From Lama glama (lineage: Eukaryota), in contig CM052816.1 in the NCBI GenBank assembly GCA_028534125.1, positions 62,312,001 through 62,376,000 on the forward strand: 64,000 nucleotides of DNA. Reading direction: 5' to 3'. Within the stretch, counting starts at the first letter, position 1, and each line of letters opens with the position of its first letter. Made by a program: the position numbers and the translations under genes. This document shows positions 50,295 to 64,000 of the stretch, in pieces. The notes under the pieces are model-generated. The model saw only the letters and a list, made by a program, of their open reading frames with translations. It was not told the origin of the DNA and did no database searches.

Positions 50295-50800
50295 TGGTCT
50301 GCAAAGACGGGCCTAATAATTCCTGCTATGTCTGTATGCATGTTTCTTCTCAATATGACTTTGTTGCTCCTCTTTAAAAAGGAAGAATTCATTTCTCCAC
50401 TCATAAATTTGATCTACCCTCCTAATCTGCTTTGACCAACAATATATAGTAGAAGTGATGTTTTGTGACTTTCAAGCCTGTGCTTCAAGCAGTCTGCAGC
50501 TTCCACTCCAGCTGTCTTGAAAGGCAATGCTGCCATGTGAAGATCCTTAATGATAAAAGACCACCTGGTGAAAGAGGACAAACTGAGACCAGCATCAACC
50601 TCCTGATGTACGAGTGAGGCCATCTTGGACCTTCCAGGCCCAGCCATGTGCTAGATGATATGGCCAAAACCAGCAGAAGACATGACCAGCTGATACTAGC
50701 CCCAAGTGCTAACCACAGAACTGGGAACAAATAAAATAGATGTTTTTCTTTAAGCCAGTACATTTTGAGGCAGCATTATAGCAAAAGCTAACTAATACAG
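50295..50800 (+). mobile_element. MLT1G/H-like solo LTR
   Basis: 'gctttgaccaacaatatatagtagaagtgatg...aaataaaatagatgtttttctttaagccag...ctaactaataca'. Confidence 0.75.
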
Positions 50801-52549
50801 TAGTTTTAATGACTATGGTAAATTTTAAAGACAAAGTAATACATCTTCCTTACTTTGCCAAAAGTAATATTTATGTGCTTGAAATATTTGCTCATGTATT
50901 TTTAAAAAACAATGAAAAAAGCCAGAAGTATAGTTTAGCAAACACAGTCTTTCTGTTTTCTTTGAGAATAATTTAGTAACCTATTTTAGGTTGGACCTTG
51001 AAATGCAGGATCAAAACACAAGAAAAGATCTTTTATACCATATAATAAGCTATTGTAAAAATAATTCTATATAATCATTTCATTTATATTTAAAAATGTA
51101 TTTCTCACTTCCTATATGAAGTCTCAAAACTTTTAAAAATCACTCTAACACAAAGGATACACTTTTTGGATAAATGTATGAAATTACTCAAAATTGTATC
51201 AAGTTTTCATTATACATTACTTTTTCACAAAAGTTTGCTAAATGGCTCTTACATTAATCCATTAATTTAATAACTGTTTATTTGAGTGTCTACATTCTCA
51301 AAGATGTCTGCTTTAGTCATTTCCACTGACTCTTAGGGACATATAGCAGAGCAGAGGAAGTACGGCAAATCTGGGGAGTTACAGCCAAAGGAATAATGAT
51401 TTCTGCCTAAAAAAGTATGGAAGACTCCAAGAAGAAGCTGTTCTCTTCATTGTGCCTTAAGAATGATCATCATTTCAAAAGTATGCTCTGGGTCCAGGAG
51501 GACAATCCAGGGAAGCAAAATCACAAAATAAAGCTAAGAGGTGAAAAATGTTCAGAGTACAGTAAGCAGTCCAACTTGGCTGGAATATAGGATACAGGCA
51601 CAGAAACTCTGGGATACAACTGACACTAGATCAGCAAAGGCACAGAATGGCAACCCAGGTATTAATTATTCAGTAGGCAATTATAGTCAAAGAGGTTTAG
51701 GAAGACAGCAGTAAAAGGAACAAATGGAGCTGTGGACATGCTGATGTACACTGAAAATTAGGGAGGTCAGCTGGGAGGCTACTTGCAAATTCCAAATGAG
51801 AAGAATATTATCTATTACTGTAATAAACAATCCTGGGAGTAACAAGAGAAAGAAGCAGAACTAAGAAGGGATATGAATAGAAGCAAAGGAAAATCGTAAG
51901 GATAGTAAGCCTATCCACAGGTACTGACCTGAAGACGCTGTGCACAACTCCTCAACTGTACCAGCACTCAGAAAAATAACTACTTGTAAGTAAGATGTTA
52001 AACCCTGGTGGCTCTTTTTCCTCCTTAGTGCTCGGAAGAGACTTATTCAGCTTATCATCAAGAACTGCCCAAAGGCTATACATTCCTCAGATCTGATCTC
52101 TGCTCCTTGGGAGTTCTTACCATTGGTCACTAAAATCTTCCTGGGGTAGTGCAACACTGTTGAATTCTCCCAGGGCCTTTCGGTGATCCTCTACAACAAA
52201 TAGTCCCTAGAATGGACTACTTGTACCCTGGTGCTTGCACCTGTGGTCCCAGCCTTCATGACACAATACCATCTGTGACTATTATCCAAACCACAAGACT
52301 TTAAAAATACTGATGCTTTAAATTCATCCATCAAAATTATTTCTGCATACCACTACAGACGTCCATCGTTTCGCTTAAGGATCTTTGCTAGATTATCCAT
52401 ATAGCTCTATAATTGCTAAAATCTAACCTGCCAAAGTATTCTAGATAGCATGTTTGCCAAAAGTTTTCAGTTTTTAGGCTTCTTGACTGTTTAATGCCTC
52501 AAAACTTATAATACAATAACATAATAACACAATGATTAATAATAACAAA

Positions 52550-53100
52550 ATCTACCAATTTTGAGGTGTTTACTATGTAAACTGCATGTGTTCAACATTT
52601 TGCAAACATTTCCTCATTTAGTCTTACCGACACCTTATAAGGAATGTATCTTAAACTTCTTTTTTTTTTTTGGATGAGGAAACCAAGGCCCAGAGAGAGT
52701 AAGTAATTCACTTAAGTGATTATTTACAGAGTCTTCCCACAAGTTCATAGTTTTAAACCACTGACTGCACTACTTCCCAACATATATATGAATGAGCTCC
52801 ACAGCATAACAGAATCATGACATAAAATGAAAAGCAGTGGATAGAGCACAGATTCTTAAGCCTCAAGGCCTGGGTTTGAATTCCAGCCCCAGCACTTACT
52901 AGCTGGGTGATCCTGGACAAGATATGTAACTTTCATTTATAAAATAGCAATAATAAGGTAACTACCCCATAAAGTTGCTATGAAGATTAAGCGACTAATA
53001 CAGAATGCCTAAAGGGGCCGGAGCAGGACTTGTCACACAGCGAGTACTATGTAAGTGTTCACTGTTTTTGTTGCTGCCGTTGTTTATAATGGTATCATTA
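52550..53100. mobile_element. Two MIRs in opposite orientation (- ~52550-52780; + ~52835-53100)
   Basis: 'gatgaggaaaccaaggcccagagag' and 'cctgggtttgaattccagccccagcacttactagctgggtga'. Confidence 0.8.
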
Positions 53101-53289
53101 TTACCATTTTTTGACTCCAAAGTAAGACTGTTACATCTGAAGTCAATCCTTTAAACATGACATACCGTTTACTAGCTTTTTCTCACTGACAGTGATCTTA
53201 TGACTTTTGACAGACATAGTGTAGTAATATCAACGAGAGAATGATCTCCAAGCTTTAACTCCAGCTGACTTTAGAACAAGCATCTAAGA

Positions 53290-53443
53290 GTTACCAAGTC
53301 AGGTTGCATATCAACATTAACTAGGGTGCTTTTGAAAACTGTCTAGGGCCAGTTCCAGATTTATAACACAAGAATCTCTGGGGAAATCACCTGGTGATTC
53401 TGATGCAGCTGGTCCACAGATGAGCATTTGAGAACCAAGGCAC
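53290..53443. mobile_element. MER5A-type MITE
   Basis: 'cctggtgattctgatgcagctggtccacaga...tttgagaacca'. Confidence 0.7.
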
Positions 53444-55034
53444 TATATAATTCTTTTAGGCGTAAGGAAAACCAATCCAGGGAGATTAAAATTTCTTCCT
53501 AAACGTGTTTCTGAGATCGAGTTCTATCAGAAGTCTAGAAATATAAACCTCCATGCTTTGCGACCCTCGTGAAGGGGAAGTCATTATATTCTCGGTATTT
53601 ATTATTGCACAATGGAAAAGAAACTTGTGGCACTCAGTATGGTAACAATCACCTACTAGGTGATTGCCAGACAAGCAATATGTACAATGATTTTTGACTT
53701 CTCAAGTATGGAGCCATGAACTCTGTTACTCCTAAATGTTATTAGAAGACAAAATGTCCTAAAACAGAGACTAGCTGCTTCAAAATAAAGAGATGTGTTC
53801 CTATAGTTTCAAGTGGGCTGAAATGAGTGCTCTTTTTGGCTCACACATAACTATGGTGGATACAAAGGCTTTTTACTCTCTTAGATGAATTAGAGAACTG
53901 TTTTCTTTTCTTTCCTCTTTAGGTTTAACCTTAATAGTAAACACATTCATCTAATCTAGTTTAGATGGTGGCACCGCATGAAAGTCAGGAAATGTGCTGA
54001 ATGTTCCAGAGCCTGCTGAAAGAGCAGAAATGAGCAGTTCACTTACAAGGAGGCAGGAACTCTTAACACATCACAACATACACTATTACCCAAACTATTA
54101 CTAATTAGTTTAGACTCTAACTCAGAGTTGTAGCTTTGATAGTTAGCATTAAGATGAGGGACCTAGATAATTAATGAGTTCACTGAAAGAGAACTCTTCC
54201 TTATCAAACTCATTAAATTTGTGGTATTCATTTATCATATAAATTACACTATCTGAGAAAAAAAATTACGACTGTCTTTCTTTCATATAGCATAGAGTTG
54301 CTTTAAAATAATATAAAAATAACATTAGGAAAACTGGACTTTTTGGGTACACAGCTCATTATGTACAAAAAACTAACTTAGACACTCTAAATGAAAGTGG
54401 TCATTTTTGTCATTAATACACCTGTGGTCTGTGACTATTATTCCTACGGAATGAAATGAATTCTAACAGTCTAAAGATCTTGGTATTGCTTTGTACTACT
54501 TGGGAGTCATTTAGGCACCAAAAAGATGTGGTTTATTGTCTAATGTTCCTTTACTTAGAGTCCTGGCTCTAGGCAACACTGTAAGGTAGGTCAATACTAC
54601 CTTTAGAACCATACTTTTTACCCAAGCAGCCCTTTGCCCTCAAGCTGTTTTCTCTGTCCTGAGCCCACTAAACCTTTTCAAACAATGCCTTGTGCCTCTT
54701 ATCTTTTCATCCAGCTCTCCCACCCAAACTTAATTCTCAAATTAAATCAAAATTAATTCTTAACTTAAATTCCCTTTACTATACTTAGGGAAGACCCATT
54801 GGACTAATCCAATCATTTGTCAAATTATGCTGATGACTGACACAGAATTAATTAATTATGCCTACTAGAACACACATGCATTTTCAGAACCCCAAGAAAA
54901 ACCACAGATGTGAGTAATGTAGAAATTCCAGGGAAGGTTAGAGAAAACACTCATTTTCCCCTAAGCTTTCAAGATCTGTAAGTAGCTATCTCTTTTCTCT
55001 CAAGGCTGGCCTGACTCAGAGATTCCAGTAAAAC

Positions 55035-55515
55035 TGTGCGGTAGGTAAAACAATCCCCCCTCCCCCAAAGATACCTACATTCTAATCCCTGGAACCTGTG
55101 AATACATTGTATTAAATGGCAAGACTGTAAACGGAACTGAGGCTGCTAATCAGCTGACCTTAACGTAAGGAGATCACTCTGGATTAAATGGAGTGGGACC
55201 AATGTAAATACAAGCATTGTTGTGGAGAGAAGGGAGACAGAAGAGTCATTACAGAAAGATGGCATCATAAAAAAGATTTGATCAGCCACTGCTGGCTTTG
55301 AAGATGGAAGGTGGCCATGAGCCAAGAAAAGCAGACAGAGGCTAGAAGCTAGAAAAGGCAAGAAAATGAATTCTCCCTTAGAGTCTTCAGAAAGGAATGA
55401 CAATACTACCTTGATTTTAGCCCAGTGAGACCCATTTCAGACTTCTGTTATCCAGAACTATAATATATTTGGGCTGTATTAAGCAGCTAAATATAAGGTA
55501 ATTTGTAACATACCA
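55035..55515 (+). mobile_element. MLT1D-type LTR
   Basis: 'ctaatccctggaacctgtgaata', 'gctggctttgaagatggaag', 'ttgattttagcccagtgagaccc'. Confidence 0.85.
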
Positions 55516-58074
55516 CCAAGTACATAGAGAGCTAGCACCTTGATTTCCTTAAAATACCTGCTTGTATTTTTTTCTATAGGATTATGCTACTACTTTATAG
55601 CAGTTGCCTCACTTGTATTTGCTGGTGATTAGAAAATCAAAATAGATAATCAACTGCTGTAGCTGGAAATAAAAGGGGAAAAATGGCCCAATAACTGGAA
55701 ATAACTTAACACACATAAACCCTGCAAAAATATCTTTAAATGTTCAACTGGACAAAAAAAGTACAATAAGCAAAAGAAGTCATTGGCTAGTGTGGCCCAG
55801 TTCCAAACATTCTTTTATTCAAAAATGAGAGAAGGATGGTCAAAAGCAAATTAACAAAACTCTATGAAACATCAAGGTGTGAAAGGTTCACTGCGACTTA
55901 CTGGCTGACATCATTTCACTCCCCTCTGTCAGCACCCTATTCCACACTGTAGCACAAACTTGCCATCGATTTTATCCTGAATTTAGGGGACACGCTTATT
56001 TCCAGAAAACTGCACATGCCACCTGAAACTTAAAGCCAGAATAGATGGATTATCTATAGCTGCTTCAAAATAACTTACCCCAAGATTATCCCAGAGCATC
56101 TGTTTCATTCCCTCTAACAAACATAGAATACCCCTGAAAAGCCGCTTGGTAAAAGCAATGACAGATTGCTAGCTAATGGCAACATGAGAGAACCTTACCA
56201 TGACTTGTAAATTCTCATAAAGCACAAATTTTCTTACTGTTTTAATCTGTCAAAAGACTAAAAATATACCATTCCATATTATACCCCAATATATGAAATT
56301 CTTTGATGGAAAGAAATAATTTTCATCTGTTTGCTGCAAAAGGAAATTTGGTGCCCTCTGGTGTTAGAAAACAAGATGATCCATGTCACCTTTCCAGAGG
56401 AGCATGCCAGGGAGGGTCATAAAAGCACCGCATTTTAAAGCTGAGATAGCATATCCCCGCACAGCACTGACATGTAATTATTTTTTTAGTGGAAAGTTTT
56501 TTCTCATGGATTATTAAATGTTCAATTTTATTCTAATGGAATATTAGAAAAGCATTATAAAAAATTGAACTTCTTACATAAAAGAATACTTGCCTATATT
56601 ATCTGTTAGAGCCTTGAGCTTTACAACAAGGAGAGCAAAGATGAATAATCTAAGATTTTGCAGCAAAAATAATGAATAAAAAGGAGATGGCATTATTAAG
56701 GTAGTAAGTTCTTCAATGTATATGAAATATTGAGGATATACAAAACAGAATAAATCATAAGATAACACTTGTAAAATTACTACTCAGCTTAAGATGTAAG
56801 ACATAACTAAGAAAAGGTTGCCTTATTGTCCCCCAGGTCACATTCCGCCCCACCTCATTTGTAACTGCTTGATTGATTGGTAAATGTATTTTTCAGTTTT
56901 CTACACTTTCCCGAAAATACTGCTTCTAAAATTAAACAGTAACTTTAAAAATACTACTTTGTAAAAGAAAGCCCATGAGGTAGCAATTACAATTGGTCAT
57001 GCAGAGCCGGGGGAGGTCTTCAGCTTCCTCTCCCATTTGTGGGCACACAGAAGCTGATATTGTGAGGTTCCCATCTGTGAGAAGAGTTAGGTGAGACATC
57101 TCAGCATCACACATGTTTTAAGAAGGCTTCAACAGGACAAGGAGGCAGTGCCAGCAAGTGACTATGATTTTTATAATGTGTAAGGGCAGAAATGGAGCAA
57201 TGAGGGAGGCCAACATGTGGACAGTGAATACCTTGGTTGATGTGATAAATGAACTCAAACATGGAGGTTTAGAACATAAATCTGGCATAGTATTCCCAGT
57301 GCACACTAGGCCAAAAGAGCTGATGGCAGAGCCTAGTTCTACTCTTCCAACACAGCTAGACTAAGCTCAGTCCTGTGTGATAAGCTCCAGTTTCCTGTAA
57401 GTATCACTCTGGGACTACATGACTGATGATAATGTTTCCTCCCTTCCTTACACAAAATTGGCCTTACATAAAATTTGGGAAAGGATAAAATGCATCTTTG
57501 CTGTTCTCCTATTTTGCAACTGCCTTTCCCTTCCCAGTGCCTGAGGAAGCCAGTGCCTTCATGCTCCTCTCTAGATGTCCAAAGCCTGCCCCCTCAATGC
57601 TTGACCATGATCCACAACCTAATAGTTCATGGAAATCAGGTGATACAAATAAAGCATCTTGCACTGTACCTAACATACAGAAAAGCTCAATAAATGTTAA
57701 CTGCTGCTAGCATTACTCTTATCACCCCAACTTCTTCAAATAATTCCCTCCCTCCTCTTGCTCCTAGTCAAAATTCTCATTCTTTTAATACTAGGTTAAG
57801 AAAAGCGATCTAAATATACAAAGTGTTACTTGGACATAAGTATTCATGCTGTCTTTTACTACATGTAAGGAGCTATATGACATGTTAGAAAGCATAGATC
57901 AAAACATCTTGTCTTCTCCAGTATGATTTTTCATCTATGCCTAGCTCTAGCCAGCTTCTCTTCCTCTGTACCATACATTAGAACGAATTCTCTTTGCTCT
58001 TGTTAATAAATGCTTTGTCAAGGACTATATCAACTCACTTCTAAACTACTTTTAATTACTTTTTGTTGATATCT

Positions 58075-58272
58075 CTTCTAATAGTTCTCAACTCTGGCTA
58101 CACTGGAATTACTGCAAATGTAAAAAAAATATATGTATCTATTTAATACACACAAACACACAAAATGATGCCCAGTCTAGACCAACTGGAACATAATCTG
58201 ATAGAAAAGGCACTGGCATTTTTAAAAGCTCCTGAGAGGATTCTAACCTGCAGCCAGAGTTAGGAACCACTG
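58075..58272. mobile_element. MER5-type MITE
   Basis: 'tagttctcaactctggctacactggaattactg...gcagccagagttaggaaccactg'. Confidence 0.7.
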
Positions 58273-59074
58273 CTAGCCTCCACACTTAAATCACTTCCAT
58301 GCCTGAAGCACTGGATACATGTATTCATGTGTCCAATTCATCTTCTCAGCAACCATTTACTGAACTACTACTGTGGACTCAGCCTGGATCTACTCAGTAC
58401 TCTCCAGCAGCTACATAGCAACCTCAGAATCAAACATAAGTTTCTGACTAATACATCATAATTCTTCAACAGCTGACCATTTCTCCACTTTTCTGTCACC
58501 AATCTTCCTACTCTCTTCAAATCAAGCTTCTTTGTGACTGCTCTGAGATTCTCAGTTGCATCTCAAGGTCTTGGCCAAAGCAATCCTGGATTAAGTAAAC
58601 TGTTGGCCAAAATTCACCATGTACGGCATTTCTGCAAATGCATAAGCAAAGGATCACTGATGTTCACACATGCCCTCTCCATTCACTGAAAGGTCCTTGA
58701 AGGGAGGGATCATATTTCATTCATTGTTGTATCTTCAATACTTGGCACAGGTTCTGGCAAAGAGTAAACTACCCAATGGGCATTAGTTACATGCAGAAAA
58801 GGATGAATGAGGAATAAAGGTATACAATAACAAAATGTCTTCTGAATCATCGAAGAATGATAAAATACGTGAGAAAAGAATCCTTTCTTGAAAGGCCATG
58901 GTATAATGATTAAGAACATGAACTCTGGGATCTAGGTCTGCCTCCTACTAGGTTTATGGGCCTAAAATAGTCATTTAGCTTCTGGGATCTTCAGTTTCTC
59001 CAACCATAAAATGGTGATAATAATAAAACTTATCTCATAAAATGGTGTAGGGTTAAATCAAATAAAGAAATCAG

Positions 59075-59699
59075 GTATGACCCAGGAATCCTGCTCCTGG
59101 GCTTATATCCAGAAGGAACCCTACTTCAAAATGACACCTGCACCCCAATGTTCATATAGCAGCACTATTTACAATAGCCAAGACATGGAAGCAGCCTAAA
59201 TGTCCATCAATAGGTGACTGGATAAAGATGTGGTATATTTATACAATGGAATACTACTCAGCCATAAACACCAACATAACGCCATTTGCAGCAACATGGA
59301 TGCTCCTGGAGAATGTCATTCTAAGTGAAGTAAGCCAGAAAGAGAAAGAAAAATACCATATGAGATTGCTCATATGTGGAATCTGAAAAACAAAAACAAA
59401 AAACCAAAGCATAAATACAAAACAGAAATAGACTCATAGACATAAAATACAAACTTGTGGTTGCCAAGGGGGTGGAGGGTGGGAAGGGATAGACGGGATT
59501 TTAAAATTGTAAAATAGATAAACAAGATTATACTGTAAAGCACAGGGCAATATACACAAGATCTTATGGTAGCTCACAGAGAAAAAATGTGACAATGAAT
59601 ATATGTATGTTTATGTATAACTGAAAAACTGTGCTCTACACTGGAATTTGACATAACATTGTAAAATGATTATAAATCAATAAAAAATGTTATTAAAAA
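59075..59699 (+). mobile_element. Young L1 3' fragment with TSD, inserted in a MIR (~58900-59070)
   Basis: TSD 'aaagaaatcag' at 59064-59074 and 59700-59710; very similar to the 45.5-kb copy. Confidence 0.95.
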
Positions 59700-59733
59700 A
59701 AAGAAATCAGAAAAATTCCCAGCATATGTAAGA

Positions 59734-60167
59734 TGTGATAGGCAGATTAATGGCTCCCCAAAGAAGTCCATGTCCTAATCCAAGGGACTTATAAATATGT
59801 TACCTTACCTGGCAAAGGGACTTTGTAGTTGTGATTAAGGATCTTAAAATGGGAAGATTATTCTGGATTATCTAGGTGGGCCTAATATAATCACAAGGGC
59901 CCTTAAATAGGTCAAAGAGAAAATGTGACAAAGGAAGGAGGCCACAAGCCAAGGAATATGGACAGACCCTGGAAGCTGGAAAAAGTAAGGAATAGATTCT
60001 ATCCTTGAGCCTTCAAAAGGAATGCAGCCCTGCCAACACCTTCATTTTTAGCCTTATAACACCCATTTTCAGACTGTGACCCCTAGAAATACAAGATGTT
60101 AAACAATATTGTTTTAAGCTATTACGTTTGTGCTAATTTATTATAGCAGTAATAGAAAACTAATACA
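59734..60167 (+). mobile_element. MLT1D-type solo LTR
   Basis: 'tgtgataggcag...aactaataca'; TSD taaga/taagg. Confidence 0.88.
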
Positions 60168-60334
60168 TAAGGGATATGTAAGTATGACAATTTTTTTCCA
60201 TGTTTCAAAACATTTCTGAGTTAACATTAATAGTGATAAGTCATGTTGATAGTACAGATCCTTAATATAATGTTTAACATGATGAAAAATTACATTTCAC
60301 TTCTGTGGTCTCCAAAAACCAAAGTACAGAAAAC

Positions 60335-60852
60335 TGTTAATATAGAGGTCCTGTCTGTACCTTAAGGGCTGGCCCTTGGCTGGCATCTGAGACCTCGAAT
60401 TTCTGGAGAGCTCCCATTATCCTAACTGATAAGAGTGGCTCTCTGTGCCTAGAATATTTGCACAAACAATATGGTTTATGTTGAACATATGCTTTCCTTC
60501 TGGAGGCTGGAATTTTGGTATGTGCCACCCTGAAGATGTCCACTGACAAGCCCCCAGTAAAAACCCTGGACACTGAGTCTATAAGGAGTGTCCCTGGTAC
60601 ACAGGTGTTGTCACAGCTTGTTAATGGAAGAATTAAGTTCACTCTGTGTAACTCAGTATGGAGAGGACTCCTGGAAGCTTGCACCTGGTTTCTTCCAGAC
60701 TTTGCCTCATGCATGTATTTGCTTAGCTGATTTTGGTTTGTATCCTTACACTGAAATAAAACATAGTCGTAAGTACAACTATAGGCTGAGTCCTATGAGT
60801 CCTCTTAGAGAATCATCAAACATGGGTGTAGGTCTTGGGGACCCACGACACA
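60335..60852 (+). mobile_element. MER21-type LTR nested in an L1MC fragment (~60230-60900)
   Basis: 'ggctggcccttggctggcatctg', 'aaaaccctggacactgagtct', terminal 'ggtcttggggacccacgacaca'. Confidence 0.8.
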
Positions 60853-60905
60853 ACTCATGACCCCAGTTTAATGATGAGAAAAGCATTAGAGAATTTAGAT
60901 CTAAG

Positions 60906-63900
60906 GGAGATCAATATGGTAGACTAGGAGAACACAGAGCTCACTTCCCCCCCATGAACACATCAAAAATACATCTACAAATAGAGCAATTCGCACTGAA
61001 AATAAACTGAAGACGGCAGAAAGACTTTTGTACAACCAAAACTGTAAAAAAGATCCACAAAGAATTGGGTAGGAAGGGAAAAGTGATCAGGTCAGTTTCT
61101 GTGCCCCAAGAGGGAACACAAAAGAGGAGCAAGATTTTGTGAGATCAGAGATCTGCCATGGGGAGTGAGCTCCGTGCCACACCTGGACACTAGGGCAATG
61201 GTTGCAACAACAGAAGGGAATGTGCAGTTGTGAGTAATGGAGCCAGCTCAAACTGGAATGGCATCTGAACCAAAGGAGGATGGCCACTGCTGGCATTCAT
61301 AGAGGCAGTGCATTGGGAGCACTCCAAAATACTGACTGGGGCTGGAAGCACCATGACCCTGGGGCAAGGGTCCTGGAGAAAGAAGTGAGGAGAATACACA
61401 CTTAGAAAAAACAGAACCATCTCAGACCCAATCCTCTGGGCTTCTGCACCAGCAATGTGGGACCAACTGGGTAGTGTTGGCCACTAGGCAGAGGAGAAGC
61501 CCCTGTTCACAACCTATTCTGGCTCTAGCTTTTCCATCTCCAGCCTCACCTCCTACCACAGTGATAGCTTCCAGCACATCCTGAGGGAAGATGTGACCTG
61601 TGCTCATGTGAGATCCAGCTCTACCACCAAAGCCATAGGCACACACGGACTATACAAACTCCCACACAAGGACACCCTTCAAGACTGAAACAGGTAACTG
61701 TTCCACTAAATTTCACTGAGACAGAGACAGTTAAGTAAAATGAGAAGACAGATGAATCTGTTTCAAATAAAAGAACAAGAGAAAATCCCTGAAAAAACTA
61801 ATGAAACAAAAATAAATAATTTACCAGATAAGGAGCTCAAAGCATTAGTAAGAATAATGCTACCTGAATTAGGGCAATTACCAGATGAACACAGTGAGAA
61901 TTTTAATAAAGAACTAGAAAATATGAAAAAGAACCAATCATAACTGAAAAATACAATAAATGAAATGAAAGACACACTAGCATGAACAAACAGCAGACTA
62001 GGTGAAAGAGAAGAACACACAAGTAATCTGCAAGGCAGGATAATAGAATTCACTCAATCAGAATAGCAAAAAGAAAAACATATTTAGAAAATGAGAACAG
62101 TTTAAGGTACCTCCACAGCATTATCAAGCACACCAAAGTTTGCAATATGTGGGAACCTGAAGGAGAAGAGAGAGAAGCAGGTAAAAAAAAAAAAAAAGTA
62201 TTTAATGAATTATGGCTGAAAACTTCACAAACTTGAAGAAGGAAAAATATATTAAGATATAAGAAGCACAGAGGCTCCCAAACAAGATGAATCCAAAAAG
62301 AATAACAGCAAAACATATCATAATTAAAATGACAAAATTTTAAATTAAGGAGAGAATTGTAAAGACAAAACAGAAAAACAAAGCCATATAAATTGAATCC
62401 ACATAAAGCTACTAGCTGATTTTTCAGAAGAAATTTTACAGACCAGAAGTGAGAAGCATGATGTATTCAAAGTGCTGAAAAGGAAAAAACTGAAACCTAG
62501 AATACACTACCCAGCAAGATTATCATTTAGAATTGAAAGAGATAAAAGATTTTCCAGACAAGCAAAAATTAAGAGCTCATCAACAGTAAACCTACCCTAA
62601 AAGAAATGTTAAAGGGTCTTACATAAGTAGAAAAGGACTAAAATAAGAAGAAGCTATAGAAAAAGAAAGATCTGACAAGTAAAGGCAAATGTATAGTAAA
62701 GACTATAGGGCAACCACTTAAATAAACTAGTATAAAAGTTAAAACAAAAAATTGTAAAAGTGACTATAAATATGATAAACAGTGAAGGGATAAACATGAA
62801 GATGTAAAACATGACATCAAAAACACAAAATGTAGGGGAGGGGAGTAAAATAAATGTAGATATTTTAAAATGTGTTTTACCTTAAATGACAACCAGTTTA
62901 AAACAAGTAGATACAGTTATTACTCAACATATATGAACCCTCTGGTAACCACAAATCAAAAACCTACAATAAAAACACAAAAGCCAGACAGAAAGGAACA
63001 TATGCATACCACTAAAAAAATAATTAAACCACAAAGGAAGAGACTAAAAGAATAACACAGAACTACAAAAACAACCAAAAAACAAGTAACAAAATGGCAG
63101 TAAGTACATACTTAACAAAAACCACTTTAAATGTCAACAGACTAAATGCTCCAATCAAGGGGATGACTGGATAAAAATAACAAGAGCCACCTATATTTTG
63201 ACTACAAGAGACTTCAGAGCTACAGATACATACAAACTGAAAGTAAGAGGATGGAGAAAGATATTTCATTCAAATGGAAACAAGAAAGCAGAGGTAGCAA
63301 TACTCTTGTCAGACAAACTAGACCTTAAAACAAATTCTATAACAAAAAACAAAGAAAGGCTTTATATAATGATAAAGATATTAAAACAAGAAGAGGATAT
63401 AAAACTCATTAACATATATACACCTAATACAGAAGCATCTAAATATATAAAACAAATATTAACAGACATAGAGAAAGTGACAATAATACAATATTAGTAG
63501 GGGACTTTAACATTCCACTTACATAACTGGAAATATCATTCAAGCAGAAAATCAGTAAGGATAAAGCAGTCCTAAAGACATATTAGACTATTTGGACTTA
63601 ACAGGTATCTACAGGACTTTCCAACCAAAAACAGCAGAATACACATTCTTTTAATTTAAGTGCACATGGAACATTCTCCTGGATATATCATGTGCTAGAC
63701 TACAAAATAGTCTCAACAAATTCATGAGGACAGAAATTATATCAAGCAATTTTTTTTTCTGATCACACAATATGAAACCATAAATTAACTGCATGAAGGA
63801 AAAATGATAAAAAACCCCCACAAACTCATGGAGACTAAGCAATATGCTATTAAAAATCAATGAGTCAATAATGAAATCAAAGAGGAAATCAGAAAATATC

Positions 63901-64000
63901 TCAAGACAACTGAAAAAAAAAAAGAACATAACTTTACAAAATCCATAGCATTCAGCAAAATAAGCTGTAAGAGGGAAGCTTACAGCAATACAGGCCTACT
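60906..64000 (+). mobile_element. 5' half of a decayed, probably once full-length L1 (5'UTR, ORF1 ~61740-62640, ORF2 from ~63094), continuing beyond the window
   Basis: Start 'gggagatcaatatggtagactagg' looks like a decayed caagatggcg motif. ORF1 reads MRRQMNLFQIKEQEK...NFNKELENMKKNQS. ORF2 reads MAVSTYL..TLNVN.LNAPI, with NIYTPN and VGDFN. Confidence 0.93.

Noticed and set aside
52550..53100. Inverted MIR pair as a miRNA hairpin
   Set aside because: The copies are heavily diverged and deleted, and I could not find a continuous stem by eye.
60906..64000. Active L1
   Set aside because: ORF1 and ORF2 have multiple stops and frameshifts, and the 5'UTR is CpG-decayed.

Overview
AT-rich, CpG-poor mammalian DNA with two assembly gaps. 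A tRNA-Ala-derived SINE of vic-1 type points to a camelid. I see no intact protein-coding exon. The ORF track is mostly L1/LTR debris or chance ORFs. The window reads as long intronic sequence of a gene on the minus strand, with two good non-coding exon candidates (28132-27998, 135 nt; 4805-4723, 83 nt) and a possible alternative first exon/promoter near 37.3-37.8 kb. Their sizes and spacing resemble my recollection of the NCOA1 5'UTR exons; that assignment is tentative and needs a search. Much of the rest is transposon fossils (L1, L2, MIR, MaLR/ERV LTRs, hAT and Tigger MITEs), and subfamily names and boundaries for these are approximate. The main find is at about 46438-48345. It is a fossil that spans start to stop of a FLYWCH-MULE (Mutator/Phantom-like) transposase gene. 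The DDE and CxxH motifs and a repetitive right end are still readable. The ORF track shows only one fragment of it because of frameshifts, a nested Tigger2-type MITE and a microsatellite.
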